From an uncultured delta proteobacterium (GTDB lineage Bacteria > Desulfobacterota > Desulfobacteria > Desulfobacterales > JAFDCJ01), in assembly GCA_963769935.1 (NCBI GenBank), contig CAVYNY010000010.1:128001-192000 (forward strand): a DNA stretch of 64,000 bases. The letters run 5' to 3'. Positions within the stretch are counted from its first letter, which is position 1; each line of letters starts with the position of its first letter. Both the position numbers and the translations under genes were made by a program. A model generated the notes under the pieces. That model saw only the letters and a program-made list of their open reading frames with translations. It made no database searches and was not told where the DNA came from. This document shows positions 1 to 10,091 of this stretch, piece after piece.

Positions 1-897
1 TTTTTGCGTAAATGCACAAATGAGACGTTGTTCGGATTCAAAGGTGTACGTGGACATGCCGAAAAGCCACTGCGGCATTCCAAACTCGGCTTCCATCAGC
101 AGAACCGGTTTCACCTGATTTTCCCTGCGCCGGTAAATGTTCCACCAGCCGGTACGATCAGAAACAAAATACAGGGTGCCGTCCGGCGACCATTGCGGCT
201 GAAAGATGGATTCATCCGGCCCGCCGGCCACTTTCTCCACCTTGGTGAGCGCACCATCCTCGGCCAACCGGCCGACCCACAATTCGGTGCCGTCCCAGGG
301 CATGTTGGGGTGATTCCATGAGAGCCAGGCGAGCTGGGATCCATCCGGGCTAAAGCTCGGAGAAGCATAAAAATCATTGCCGGAGGCAAGGATCTGCATG
401 GATTGACTGGCCGGTTCACCACCGTTGGTCAGGACCAGGCGGACCAACTTATTTTCCGGCTCAGCCTGCAGATTGCGGTGATCCTCGCAGACGCAGATCA
501 GGCTGCGGCGCCGGCGATCGACAATGATGTCCGCAAAGCGCAGACCGGTGCCCGATGTAATGGGTGCGGGAGCTGAATGCGGCGTTTGACAATAAATATG
601 TTGATCGGAATAATTGGAGAAGTAGACGATGGTATGGTCCACGGCAAATGCTAAACCGCCGTATTCGTGAACCCGGGTCCGAACATTGAACCGGGCGGGT
701 GTGATATCGGTTGCCGGTTCGTCCGGCGTGCACCGAACAAGTACGTTGCGGCCGCCTTCGGACGGCCGCATCTCCACCCAATAGATATCCCGGCCATCAA
801 TTGCGACATCACTGAGCCGAACGGTTTCTGAAACGATAAGATCGGACGTAATCGGCGACGGCCACGATCCGTATGGGGCGATTTTAATATCCGGCAT
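1..897 (-). CDS. S9-family (prolyl oligopeptidase/acylaminoacyl peptidase) N-terminal part, truncated by the window edge; not in the ORF track
   Basis: Manual translation from ATG 897 (SD GGAGG upstream): MPDIKIAPYGSWPSPITSD...RTRVHEYGG...SPDGSQLAWLSWNHPNMPWDGTELW...FQPQWSPDG, typical of the S9 peptidase propeller region; frame open to position 1. Confidence 0.85.
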   Translation of the reverse strand, partial: MPDIKIAPYGSWPSPITSDLIVSETVRLSDVAIDGRDIYWVEMRPSEGGRNVLVRCTPDEPATDITPARFNVRTRVHEYGGLAFAVDHTIVYFSNYSDQHIYCQTPHSAPAPITSGTGLRFADIIVDRRRRSLICVCEDHRNLQAEPENKLVRLVLTNGGEPASQSMQILASGNDFYASPSFSPDGSQLAWLSWNHPNMPWDGTELWVGRLAEDGALTKVEKVAGGPDESIFQPQWSPDGTLYFVSDRTGWWNIYRRRENQVKPVLLMEAEFGMPQWLFGMSTYTFESEQRLICAFTQK

Positions 898-938
898 AGG
901 TCCTCCCCTTCCAATGAGTTCGGTATTTGCCGTGATCC

Positions 939-2165
939 TTATTTCAGCATATTGATTCTACCGGCAGGTTTCAATCTTAAAGCGCCGGCGTAGCGGTCAA
1001 GCGCCGTTCGCACAGCTTCACGGTCGTTGGCGTTCGCCTTGCCTTTCACGTTCGCTTCTTCGAACAGGGCTGAAAGCACGTTGAGCTTTAAGGCTCTCCA
1101 ATCGGCTTTGAGATCGACTCGCGCCACAAGCCTGTCTCCGGCAAGCACCGGCAGACAGTAATAGCCATATTTGCGCTGGGACGCGGGTTTGAAAATCTCC
1201 AGAACCTGATCAAAGCCGAACAATTGCCGGACACGCCGGCGATCCCAGAGCACCGGGTCAAAGGGCGAAAGCAGAACCCCCTGGTCGCTGCGCGGCCGCA
1301 CGCGCTTTAGACGTGCTGCCAGCCCGAGGTCATTGGGCCGGATCCAGCCGGGACTTTTCTTTTGGTCTTCACTGGATAGGGCACATGGTACGATCTCGCC
1401 TTTTTCAACAAGGCGGTTCAGGGCGACCGCGATGCTCTTTTTTTGGTTGGTAAGCCGCCACGTTTGAGCAAGGGTGCCGGTCGAAGCCCAACCATGTCCC
1501 CTCAGTGCCTGAATGAACAGTTGCTCGATGGCTTGCGGTTCGGGCATTTTGTTTTGCCGCCAATGCTCGGGAACGACACGTTCGGTCAGGTCATAGATTC
1601 GTTGAAAATTTCGCCGCTCACGAATGGCAAGCTCGCCCGAGGACCATAGCGCGGTTGCCACCCGTTTGACCAGTTTCAAATCCCACCAGCCGCGACTTCC
1701 CTCGCCTTCCATATCGAGAGAGCGAAGGGGTCCTTCGCCCCGAATACGTTGACGCAGGCTTTCTGCGATTTTCGGGTGTTGCCCGATGAGATCCCCCCAC
1801 CAGGGATGGCGGCAAAATGCCTTGCGGCGAAATTCGAAGACCGGATAAAGCTCGATCGGAAGCCAGCTGGCTTCGTGCCCCCAGTACTCGAATAGCGGCT
1901 CCCGCGGTCGCAGCAGGCCCTCGGCCAGCTCATGATCGAAGCCTTCCAGGCGTGAAAGTAGCACGATGGCATGGCTGCGGGCGCCGGCGATCGAGACGGT
2001 GTCGAGTTGCAGGTAGCCGAAACGCCGGATAATTTTGTGGGCGGCCTGGCGGGCCCGACACGTACGACCGGTCGCGCGTTTGGGAAGACCGGTCCACTCC
2101 GGTTTGAGAAGTCCGGCCCGGGCCAGCGCCAGCCTCCGAGCTTCGGCAATTGTTATGGTTTCCAT
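939..2165 (-). CDS. YcaQ/AlkZ-family (HTH_42) winged-helix DNA glycosylase-like protein
   Basis: QLD (QxD) motif, FEYWGHEAS, LLSPFDPVLWDR, RKYGYY motifs; likely start METITIAEARR at 2165. Confidence 0.85.
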   Translation of the reverse strand: METITIAEARRLALARAGLLKPEWTGLPKRATGRTCRARQAAHKIIRRFGYLQLDTVSIAGARSHAIVLLSRLEGFDHELAEGLLRPREPLFEYWGHEASWLPIELYPVFEFRRKAFCRHPWWGDLIGQHPKIAESLRQRIRGEGPLRSLDMEGEGSRGWWDLKLVKRVATALWSSGELAIRERRNFQRIYDLTERVVPEHWRQNKMPEPQAIEQLFIQALRGHGWASTGTLAQTWRLTNQKKSIAVALNRLVEKGEIVPCALSSEDQKKSPGWIRPNDLGLAARLKRVRPRSDQGVLLSPFDPVLWDRRRVRQLFGFDQVLEIFKPASQRKYGYYCLPVLAGDRLVARVDLKADWRALKLNVLSALFEEANVKGKANANDREAVRTALDRYAGALRLKPAGRINMLK

Positions 2166-2364
2166 GAAAAAAAAGTAGCAGAAAAACACTGAATGATAAA
2201 GTGCTTATCGCAAATAATGCCGCGGCCAAAATAATATCCGGCTGCAACCTGGGCCCGCGGGTTCTAAAATCAATCAGCCGTGGTTCAAATTTTCGCTTGA
2301 CAGTGGGATGGTGAAATGTGCTTTATAGTCCAATATCACCTAATGGAAGGAGGAGCGGACGGCA

Positions 2365-3003
2365 ATGGTCGATTTAAAAGACAGGGTGGATTTTTACTGG
2401 GACCCGGTTTGACCCTGGTGTTGGATAACATCCAGGTGGATGATAGATGTCGGGCGACAAAAGGAGATTCAGGTAAATTGGAAATTTTTCAGCCTCAAGC
2501 TGATCAATAAAGACCGGGATGGTCGGGAAGACCATAAAATACTGCATGAAGTCGGATTAAAAGCGCTGCGGGTAGCGGCAGCAGTCCGGCGCGAATTCGG
2601 CAATGACGGCGTCGAAAAAATCTATGCCGCCATGGGCGCATGTTATCATCACGATGGAGGGGATATCGATGAGCCTTCAGCCCTGGCGGAAATCCTGCAA
2701 TCCTGCGGCTTGCCGACCCGGCTGGCGATTGCTGCCGGCAATAAAGCACTGGATGAAGACATTCAGGCCGACATGGATCAGGCTATTGCCAAGGCCGGCA
2801 CCGATGTCGGCGTACCCCAGATCGTGCTCGACGGCGGCAAAGGGCCCGGTTTTTTTGGTCCGGTCATGAGCCCGGCGCCGACCGGCGAGGAGGCTGTGAA
2901 ATTCTGGGATGCCATCATGACGGCCGGCAGTCTGCCCGGGTTTTTCGAATTAAAGCGGACACGGGAAGTCGGGCCGATTTTTGGCGAACGTCCCCAGGTT
3001 TGA
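2365..3003 (+). CDS. DsbA/thioredoxin-fold oxidoreductase (Rv2466c-like), probable selenoprotein with UGA at 2410-2412 (motif U-P-W-C)
   Basis: AGGAGG SD then ATG 2365; MVDLKDRVDFYWDPV-TGA-PWCWITSRW continues in frame into track ORF 2440..3003 (VGVP, FFGPV, FFELKRTR). Confidence 0.85.
2426..2445 (+). promoter_or_regulatory. Candidate bacterial SECIS hairpin
   Basis: CATCC-AGGT-GGATG stem-loop at 2429-2442, extendable by two pairs past one mismatch; AGGU loop starts 22 nt after the UGA. Confidence 0.6.
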
Positions 3004-3006
3004 AGA

Positions 3007-4638
3007 TTAGAAATCCTTGAAGTCATCCTCCAGTGGTATGATTTGCTCAGGATTCGTCTGGTTCGTTTTGTCGGACCTTTGATTTAGCACCGGCCGCTCA
3101 AGGTTCAGGCCTTTATGCCTGAGGTTCCCTGCGGGGCGGGATGCTGCCGGAGCGGAGCGCGTGTGCGCACCGCTTCTTGAAAAGTTATGGCCGCTTCCGC
3201 CCACCAGGGTCACCAGATCATCAACAAAGGTTTTCATCTGCTGGGCCTGGGTATTCATTTCCTCGGAAGCGGAAGCCGACTCCTCGGCATTGGCAGCATT
3301 TTGCTGGGTCAATTTGTCCATTTCGGTTACCGCATTGTTGACCTGCTCGATCCCCTGTGCCTGCTCATTGGAGGCCGCCGAAATTTCAGCCACCAGTTGG
3401 CCGACCTTGGTTGATCGTTCGGCCACCTCTTGGAAGGCCTCATTTGTTCCCGTGACCAAATCGGAGCCGTCATTGACCTTTTTGATGGTGCCTTCAATCA
3501 GGGCCGCCGTATTCTTGGCAGCATCGGCCGCCCGCATGGCAAGATTTCTGACTTCATCCGCCACGACGGCAAACCCGGCACCGGCCTCGCCGGCCCGAGC
3601 CGCCTCGACAGCTGCATTTAAAGCCAGCAAGTTGGTCTGAAAGGCAATCTCATCAATGGTTTTGATAATTTTAGACGTCTCTTCGCTGGCTTTTGAAATA
3701 TCTCCCATGGCCTCGGTCAGCTGCGCCATGGATGAATTGGCGCTAACGACGACCTGATTGGCTTCCTGCATGAGATTGTCGGCCTGACCGGAATTTTCGG
3801 CATTTTGTCGGGTCATGGAGGCCATCTCTTCCAAGGATGAGGAAGTCTCTTCCAGGGAAGCCGCCTGCTCGGATGAACCTTCAGCCAGCGATTGGCTGGC
3901 CTGAGCAACCTGCTCGGAGGCAGAGGCTACCTGCTCCGACCCTTCGGTAAGTCCCGCTATAACCGCTTTCAAAGGCCGGGTAATTCCCCGTCCAAGACCC
4001 CACATCAGAAACATTCCAGCCATAAGGCCGATTCCGGTAATTGAGAACATAGTCATCAGGGACATCCGGTAGGTGTCATCGGCCTCGGCATGCGCTTTTT
4101 CGGCATTATCGAGATTAATGTTCGTTAACTGGTCCAGATAATTGCGCATTTCTTCGAATTTTTCCCTGGCCTGGCCCAGGCTCAGATCCAGGGCCTCCCG
4201 CCGCCCTTCTCTCGTATCGGCAACCCTGCCTGCCACAACCTTTTTCGAAATGGCCTTCCAGGCTTCCCTGGCCTGATCGTATTTGGGAATCAAGACCCTT
4301 TCTTCTTGCGCAGTCGCAAGGGCCTTGTATTTGTCCCAGCGCTGCTGGGACTGCTCCAGATTTTCCTCATAGTCCTTGACCAGCTGCTTGAATTCTTCCG
4401 AGCTGGCATTGGCAAAAATCATGGAGCGTTCGGCCACCAGCAATTGCTGCAGGTCACGATCGACTTGAAGGATATAATTGATGCTGGGCAGCCGCATTGC
4501 AAAAATTTCATTTAAATTTTGCTTGATATTCGCAGTGCTCCGGTAGCCGGTAAATCCGATAATGCCCACCAACAGGATCATGATGGAAAATCCGAAGATC
4601 AGTTTAGTTCCGATGGCAAGGTTTCTGAACCATTTCAT
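3007..4638 (-). CDS. Methyl-accepting chemotaxis protein with four-helix-bundle sensor domain
   Basis: Two TM segments flanking a helical periplasmic domain; [34 protein letters not shown] signature. Confidence 0.95.
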   Translation of the reverse strand: MKWFRNLAIGTKLIFGFSIMILLVGIIGFTGYRSTANIKQNLNEIFAMRLPSINYILQVDRDLQQLLVAERSMIFANASSEEFKQLVKDYEENLEQSQQRWDKYKALATAQEERVLIPKYDQAREAWKAISKKVVAGRVADTREGRREALDLSLGQAREKFEEMRNYLDQLTNINLDNAEKAHAEADDTYRMSLMTMFSITGIGLMAGMFLMWGLGRGITRPLKAVIAGLTEGSEQVASASEQVAQASQSLAEGSSEQAASLEETSSSLEEMASMTRQNAENSGQADNLMQEANQVVVSANSSMAQLTEAMGDISKASEETSKIIKTIDEIAFQTNLLALNAAVEAARAGEAGAGFAVVADEVRNLAMRAADAAKNTAALIEGTIKKVNDGSDLVTGTNEAFQEVAERSTKVGQLVAEISAASNEQAQGIEQVNNAVTEMDKLTQQNAANAEESASASEEMNTQAQQMKTFVDDLVTLVGGSGHNFSRSGAHTRSAPAASRPAGNLRHKGLNLERPVLNQRSDKTNQTNPEQIIPLEDDFKDF

Positions 4639-4715
4639 TGTTTAGCGGCCTCCTGTAGACGGTTTTTTTGCAAGTAACTGTGGCAGCCGGCGACACCCGG
4701 CTCCCACTAATGAAC

Positions 4716-5276
4716 CTATTCGATCTTGTCGACATCAATGCCGAATGTAATGGCGCCGATAACCGTATCCCCGTCTTTGACCGGGACCGACACCTGCACC
4801 AGATAGGCCTGGGTGCTGTCATCAAATTTTACCGCATCGACAAATACGGCCCCGCTGCCGCCGTTAAAGGACTTTTGGAACTTGGCTTCATCGCCCTGCC
4901 AGTAGTCGGAGGTCTTATCGGTCATGGCCACATTGGCGCCCTGGTTGTCCATGACAAATATTTCAGCATAATACTTGGCCGACTTTTGGATGCCCGCAAG
5001 GTGCTGGCCGCAATCAGAATCCATCAGGGCTTTCATGTAGTCGGCAATTCCGGCCGTGGCCATCCACTCTTTGTCCTTGGCCTTGATCTGGTCCAACGTC
5101 TTGCCCTTGGCGTTTTCTTCTTTTACCGCTTTGACGATTGCGGGATCAGTACCCACTTTGGCAAGTGTACCATTGGCAAGGTCATAAACTTTCTGGGGCG
5201 CCTTCTCGGCCAAGGCAACGCCGGCGCTCACCACCAGAAACATTCCCACAACGGTTAGTGTCAGTGCTTTTTTCAT
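4716..5276 (-). CDS. Stand-alone periplasmic Cache/PDC sensor-domain protein
   Basis: Signal peptide ending ALA; EIFVMDNQGANVAM...TSDYWQGDEAKF...VSVPVKDGDTVIGAITFG PDC-like pattern; no second TM segment. Confidence 0.75.
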   Translation of the reverse strand: MKKALTLTVVGMFLVVSAGVALAEKAPQKVYDLANGTLAKVGTDPAIVKAVKEENAKGKTLDQIKAKDKEWMATAGIADYMKALMDSDCGQHLAGIQKSAKYYAEIFVMDNQGANVAMTDKTSDYWQGDEAKFQKSFNGGSGAVFVDAVKFDDSTQAYLVQVSVPVKDGDTVIGAITFGIDVDKIE

Positions 5277-5447
5277 GCTACTTATCTTCCTTTCTCACTG
5301 TTTTTATTTTCAGGCGATCTCGTTGAGAAGCGCCTATTTGCAACTGCTTATTTTGTCGGTCGAGGATCGATTCGTCATTGGTAAAGGTGCAGCAGACGAA
5401 GGATTTTTCGATATCGTCAGGCCGACTATTAAATACCTATGGTCTGC

Positions 5448-5474
5448 TTATCGTCAAAGTCTGAATTAACTTTA
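5448..5474 (-). promoter_or_regulatory. sigma28 (FliA)-type promoter for the Cache-MCP operon
   Basis: Minus strand TAAAGTTA-N11-GACGATAA versus consensus TAAAGTTT-N11-GCCGATAA. Confidence 0.7.
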
Positions 5475-5621
5475 ATTTTATCTCGACCCAAATTATATGG
5501 ATTTAGAAATCGGCAAATTGCGACCCCTCAAAGGAAATATTTACCGCTCAGGAAAATAGAGTATCCGGTTGGTAAACTTTATAATTAATTGAAAATATTA
5601 CTGATGTTAAAATGTTAATAA

Positions 5622-5638
5622 TTGGAATGATTATTGCT
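5622..5638 (+). promoter_or_regulatory. sigma54 -24/-12 promoter upstream of the lytic transglycosylase
   Basis: TTGGAATGATTATTGCT: GG-N10-GC, 47 nt before ATG 5685. Confidence 0.6.
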
Positions 5639-5684
5639 TGATTAATGGTTGAATTAAATTGAAAGGAAAAAAAAGGGACCAGGC

Positions 5685-6500
5685 ATGGCAACGGGAAGTC
5701 ATCTGACCGTCAGGGATTATTTCGATCAAGTGCTTTTTGGATACACCGCCAAGAAGGGGGCGATCTCCTCAGTCAAAGCCGACGCATCCGGCAAGGGGTC
5801 GTTTCACCGGATTCTGACCTCTTGCGGGAATCGGCGATTAGACCCGGGCAATCTTAAACCCACCGGATTGACGGCTGTTGATTATTTGAAAAATCCGGTA
5901 AGGGTTAAATGTCAATTCAATCATCGATTGTCATCAACCGCCCCGACAAAAAAGGAAACCAAAGCGGATTCATCGCCGGGCCTGTCTACACCTTTGCCGG
6001 CCAGGCAAACAACCGATACGAACACGGCACCGTCGGACCTGAAAAAAACTCCTCAAGCGTGCCCGGATTCTTCTGTACCGATATTCCCAAACAATCAAAC
6101 CGGTTCAAATGAAAGCCTGATAATCGAAAGCAGCATTCACAGGGCCGCCCGCAGGTATAGTTTACCACCCGGCCTGATAAAGGGCGTAATCCGGGCGGAA
6201 TCAAATTTTCAGGTCGGTGCTGTTTCCCAGGCCGGCGCCCAGGGTTTAATGCAGTTGATGCCGGCAACGGCCAAAGCGCTTGGCGTCAGAAATCCTTTTA
6301 ATATCGATGAAAATATCGATGGCGGAGCGCGTTACCTGAGGCAAATGCTGGACAGCTTTGGCGGAGATGTCAAAGTGGCTCTGGCGGCGTATAACGCCGG
6401 GCCGGGTGCGGTGGAAAAGTACGGGGGCCGGATACCTCCCTACCAGGAGACAGAGCGTTACATCAACCGTGTGCTGGAATTTTCCAAACTACTGGCCTAG
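5685..6500 (+). CDS. Lytic transglycosylase (C-terminal SLT domain)
   Basis: VIRAESNF, GAQGLMQLMPATA, ALAAYNAGPG motifs; Ser/Thr/Pro-rich N-terminal region. Confidence 0.9.
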   Translation: MATGSHLTVRDYFDQVLFGYTAKKGAISSVKADASGKGSFHRILTSCGNRRLDPGNLKPTGLTAVDYLKNPVRVKCQFNHRLSSTAPTKKETKADSSPGLSTPLPARQTTDTNTAPSDLKKTPQACPDSSVPIFPNNQTGSNESLIIESSIHRAARRYSLPPGLIKGVIRAESNFQVGAVSQAGAQGLMQLMPATAKALGVRNPFNIDENIDGGARYLRQMLDSFGGDVKVALAAYNAGPGAVEKYGGRIPPYQETERYINRVLEFSKLLA

Positions 6501-6894
6501 TGTATTAAGTCTTTCTGATATCGACCGAAGCAGAATCTGCAGCGAAGAAAAAAAGCGCTTGAATCAGCGAATCCAAGCCCCCATACCCACTACACTGTCT
6601 ACGATCGTAGAGTTCGACGTTCCCAATTCCACTAATCTCCGTTCTCTGAAATCGACATTCGGTGGTCTGTTTGGTCATCGAGGACATTTATCATGTTACT
6701 TAAAATTTATCTCTAACTAAAAAACAAAAGACCTGGAATGGATGACGTTGCATCCGGGAAAAAATATGCTGGTTGCTATTTCTAAGGTTGGACGCCGGGG
6801 ATTTTTTTTGCTAAAAAGAAAACGATATTCTTCGCTGGCTTATAGGACACTGCGGATTGTATCCGCAATTTTAAAACAACTACTTACGATACCT

Positions 6895-7425
6895 ATGACA
6901 AAAATCGTTGATCTTCAAACCTATCGCACGATAGCAATTGAAAAGCGAGGATTTGGTCCCTGGCAAAAGCGTTTCGCCGAAGCCTTTGATTCGAAAACCC
7001 GCGTGGCGGATCTTTCAGATCAAACCCTATACTTTCTCGCACAACCCGGAGAGACCAGCTCCGTAGCGTATTATGAAGTGATCATGGGGATTCTGAATCT
7101 CGGTCCTGCCGCTAAATTTCACTATCTCGGCAACAGGGATCAAATGCTGGTGGTCGACCTGCATCTTTTTTTGGCAGACCAGATGCGGTTTGAAATGATG
7201 CGCCGCCTGGGATGGATTAGGGACTTTGAAGGGCTGAAATACAGTATTCTGGAACTCGTTCAAAAATTTGATAGTGCCAAGGACGCCTGCCGCATAAATC
7301 CACCGGTACTCTCAACATTGAACCCTGATTTTGCCGAGTATTCCCGGCTGACTTTCGGCGATAAAGAAGTGTTCATCCGCCGAATGCTGAGCCAAGCACT
7401 GGATGCCTTTAAAAAAAGGCTGTAA
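6895..7425 (+). CDS. Hypothetical protein
   Basis: Long ORF with protein-like composition; likely start MTKIVDLQTYR at 6895. Confidence 0.7.
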   Translation: MTKIVDLQTYRTIAIEKRGFGPWQKRFAEAFDSKTRVADLSDQTLYFLAQPGETSSVAYYEVIMGILNLGPAAKFHYLGNRDQMLVVDLHLFLADQMRFEMMRRLGWIRDFEGLKYSILELVQKFDSAKDACRINPPVLSTLNPDFAEYSRLTFGDKEVFIRRMLSQALDAFKKRL

Positions 7426-7761
7426 GTCCACAGCCCTTTATCAACAGGAAGATGTCGTCATTGGCAATCAGGGAAGGTTGATAAGCGGAAAAAACGTATT
7501 ACAGGCCATCTGCATTCTTTGAGAGCAATCCCCATTGCGGCCGGTTGCCATGCGGTTTGAGGGTTAACTCCTCAGGGCATTTTTCAGAATCCTCGATAAT
7601 CCATTCACATTTGGAAGGATTCGTACGTCAGGTTGCCAGTCGGATTCATCAGTTAAAGCAACCCGCCGCTTTGGGGATTTTTATTTCTGAAGGTCTCAGA
7701 TAGATCCGGAAGAATTCATCAATCAGTTTGAATGAACCTGCCGCATTCCATCTTCCAGCAA

Positions 7762-7968
7762 TTACTCGGCCGGGATATAGGGAATTGCTTTACCCCACCA
7801 TCCCTGAGCTTCAGATTCATCCAGGTCTTGTTTCGTGGTATTCTTGTATCCATACCAGCTATAAAACATATGATCATTGGTCTTATAGATGGTGTCGTGG
7901 GCATACCACTCTGCCGAACAACCCGCTAGAAAAACAACAACGATGAGCAAAAATAGGATTTTTTTCAT
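7762..7968 (-). CDS. Small aromatic-rich lipoprotein (68 aa)
   Basis: AAGGAGG SD, MKK + hydrophobic stretch + LAGC lipobox. Confidence 0.8.
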   Translation of the reverse strand: MKKILFLLIVVVFLAGCSAEWYAHDTIYKTNDHMFYSWYGYKNTTKQDLDESEAQGWWGKAIPYIPAE

Positions 7969-8347
7969 CACCGAACCTCCTTTCTAAAGGTAAACAGCAT
8001 CGAATCTGACCCTCCGACTGTTTTAACCTGCGCCATATTATAAACACCTTCAATAAAAAGTCCACAAAAAAAAAATAAATGCATCAAATTTTCTGTATTT
8101 ACCATGTGCCCGCCTTCCAATCAATGAAATACCGAATTAACTATCTGAAAATATTTAAGTTACTTTCAGAATGATCGAAATTATTAAAGTTTCGGCGTCA
8201 AAAACCCGATAATTACAACGTTGCCTCACATGGCGAAAATTCCCGGAAACCTGCGTGAAAATAGGTTCAAGTACCTTTAACTATCTAAAATAATAGCGAA
8301 TCGTTTATAAATATCAGCGCTTCGCCAAACTTTGAGAATTACTAAAA

Positions 8348-9523
8348 ATGAAATATCTTACGATATTGATCGTCGTATGTTGTCTGGCATCCGGCTGTAT
8401 AACCCCGCAGACCGTCCCTGTTGGCGAAGCGCTCCGCGCGCATGAAGACGAGCAGCTGCTATGGCGCCGGGTGCAAAAGGAACAGGAGGAATTGAATAGC
8501 AGCGGGCTGTTGTACCAGGACCCTGAGCTTGAAAACTATCTCAACCGCATCGCCAAAAAGCTGGAGGCAAACAGCATTGCGCCCGACTTCCACTTTCAAA
8601 TCAAGGTACTCAAAGATCCCAATATGAATGCATTTGCCTTTCCGAACGGTGTTATTTATCTGCACACCGGAATTTTAACCCATATGGATAACGAGGCTCA
8701 GCTGGCCGCCGTGCTCTCTCATGAGATGACCCACTGTACCCACCGCCACTCCCTGCGAGTTATCCGAAGCATCGGCGATCGTCCCGCGTACCTCGCAGCG
8801 ATTCAGGAAGGTCTGGCGCAAATATCGATGGTGCAAAATGTCGCCCGGGTGCTGGGTGTAGCCGGATCGCTGGCTGTCAGCGGCTACACGCGCGAGCTGG
8901 AAACCGAAGCCGATCTGGTTGGACTTGACCTGATGGCGAAAGCAAACTATGATGTTAAAGAATCACTGATATTTTTTGATCACCTGAAACAGGCAATTGA
9001 AGCCGAAGAAGGTAAGGAGCCTTTCTTTTTCGGCACGCATCCCAGCGTTGACCAGCGCATTGGTAATGCAACCAAGTGGCTGGCCGAAACTAATACCGGA
9101 AAAGACGGCAATGTCAAAAACACGGAAGAATTTCAAGCCAGAATCCAGGCGGTGGTTCTGACCAATGTCAGCCTGGATCTCCAGCTGGGCCGGTTCGAAA
9201 TTGCCCGAAATACAGTCGAAAAGTACCTGAGCATACGACCCGACGATGCGCGAGCCTATTTTTTATACGGTGAAATCCTAAGGCAACGCGACGGGCAGGA
9301 CGATGCCAAAACCGCAGAGGCTTATTTTAAGAAGTCGATTGCTCTGGATCCGTCAATGCCCGAACCGCAGAAAGCAATGGGATTAATTCTCTACAAGGAA
9401 GGAGAAAAGCACCTGGCAAAAAAGTTTTTTGAAACGTGCCTGCTGCTTTCACCAAATGATTCAGATAGCGCATACATTCGGAGATATCTGAAAAATTGTA
9501 ATGCCAACGGAGAAGAATCATGA
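8348..9523 (+). CDS. M48-family zinc metalloprotease lipoprotein with C-terminal TPRs (BepA-like)
   Basis: ASGC lipobox; NAFAFPNG, HEMTH, ELETEAD, THP motifs; TPR-like helices. Confidence 0.9.
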   Translation: MKYLTILIVVCCLASGCITPQTVPVGEALRAHEDEQLLWRRVQKEQEELNSSGLLYQDPELENYLNRIAKKLEANSIAPDFHFQIKVLKDPNMNAFAFPNGVIYLHTGILTHMDNEAQLAAVLSHEMTHCTHRHSLRVIRSIGDRPAYLAAIQEGLAQISMVQNVARVLGVAGSLAVSGYTRELETEADLVGLDLMAKANYDVKESLIFFDHLKQAIEAEEGKEPFFFGTHPSVDQRIGNATKWLAETNTGKDGNVKNTEEFQARIQAVVLTNVSLDLQLGRFEIARNTVEKYLSIRPDDARAYFLYGEILRQRDGQDDAKTAEAYFKKSIALDPSMPEPQKAMGLILYKEGEKHLAKKFFETCLLLSPNDSDSAYIRRYLKNCNANGEES

Positions 9524-10077
9524 AAAAGTTAATGCCCTTTATGACTTGCCTCATTCTTTTTTTCGGCTGTGCCTCCATGGCGCAAAACCACAGTCTGGAA
9601 AAATTACCGGATTCGAATTTTTCAATTGAAATTCCGAATGGTTGGTGGAAACCGGAACACATCGCTAAATATATTATTACGAAAGACGGGCCGTTTCTGC
9701 AGTACGTGCTTATTCAACAGCGACCGATAGATAAGCCCTTCACACACACCCAGAAAAAAATCAAAAGCGAAATGCTGCCTCAGGAAGCCGCCGGAATCAT
9801 AATTGACGAGCTGGCATCGGATCGCTATCTCACCAATTTCAGCGTTATTGAAAATGCGCCGGCCGTTGTAGACGGCCATGACGCCTTCAAGATTTTATTC
9901 TCCTATAAAAACAAAAAGGGAGCCGAATTTAAAACCTTGTATTATGGATTTATCAGCGGTGATTCATTTTATAATTTACGCTACTGTGCCGAGATGCAGC
10001 TTTACTTTGAAAAAGACCTCCCGACTTTTGAACAAATAATCGGCAGCTTTAAATTGAACAGCAACAAACCTATCTAG
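9520..10077 (+). CDS. Hypothetical lipoprotein (possibly PsbP/DcrB-like fold)
   Basis: ATGA overlap with the M48 gene; FFGC lipobox; FSIEIPNGW and FEQIIGSFKL patterns. Confidence 0.7.
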   Translation: MKKLMPFMTCLILFFGCASMAQNHSLEKLPDSNFSIEIPNGWWKPEHIAKYIITKDGPFLQYVLIQQRPIDKPFTHTQKKIKSEMLPQEAAGIIIDELASDRYLTNFSVIENAPAVVDGHDAFKILFSYKNKKGAEFKTLYYGFISGDSFYNLRYCAEMQLYFEKDLPTFEQIIGSFKLNSNKPI

Positions 10078-10091
10078 AGACGGATTTCGGA

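Noticed and set aside
2440..3003. Track start at ATG 2440 for the DsbA-like gene
   Set aside because: It omits the conserved FYWDP-x-(C/U)PWC active-site segment; the start at 2365 has the better SD
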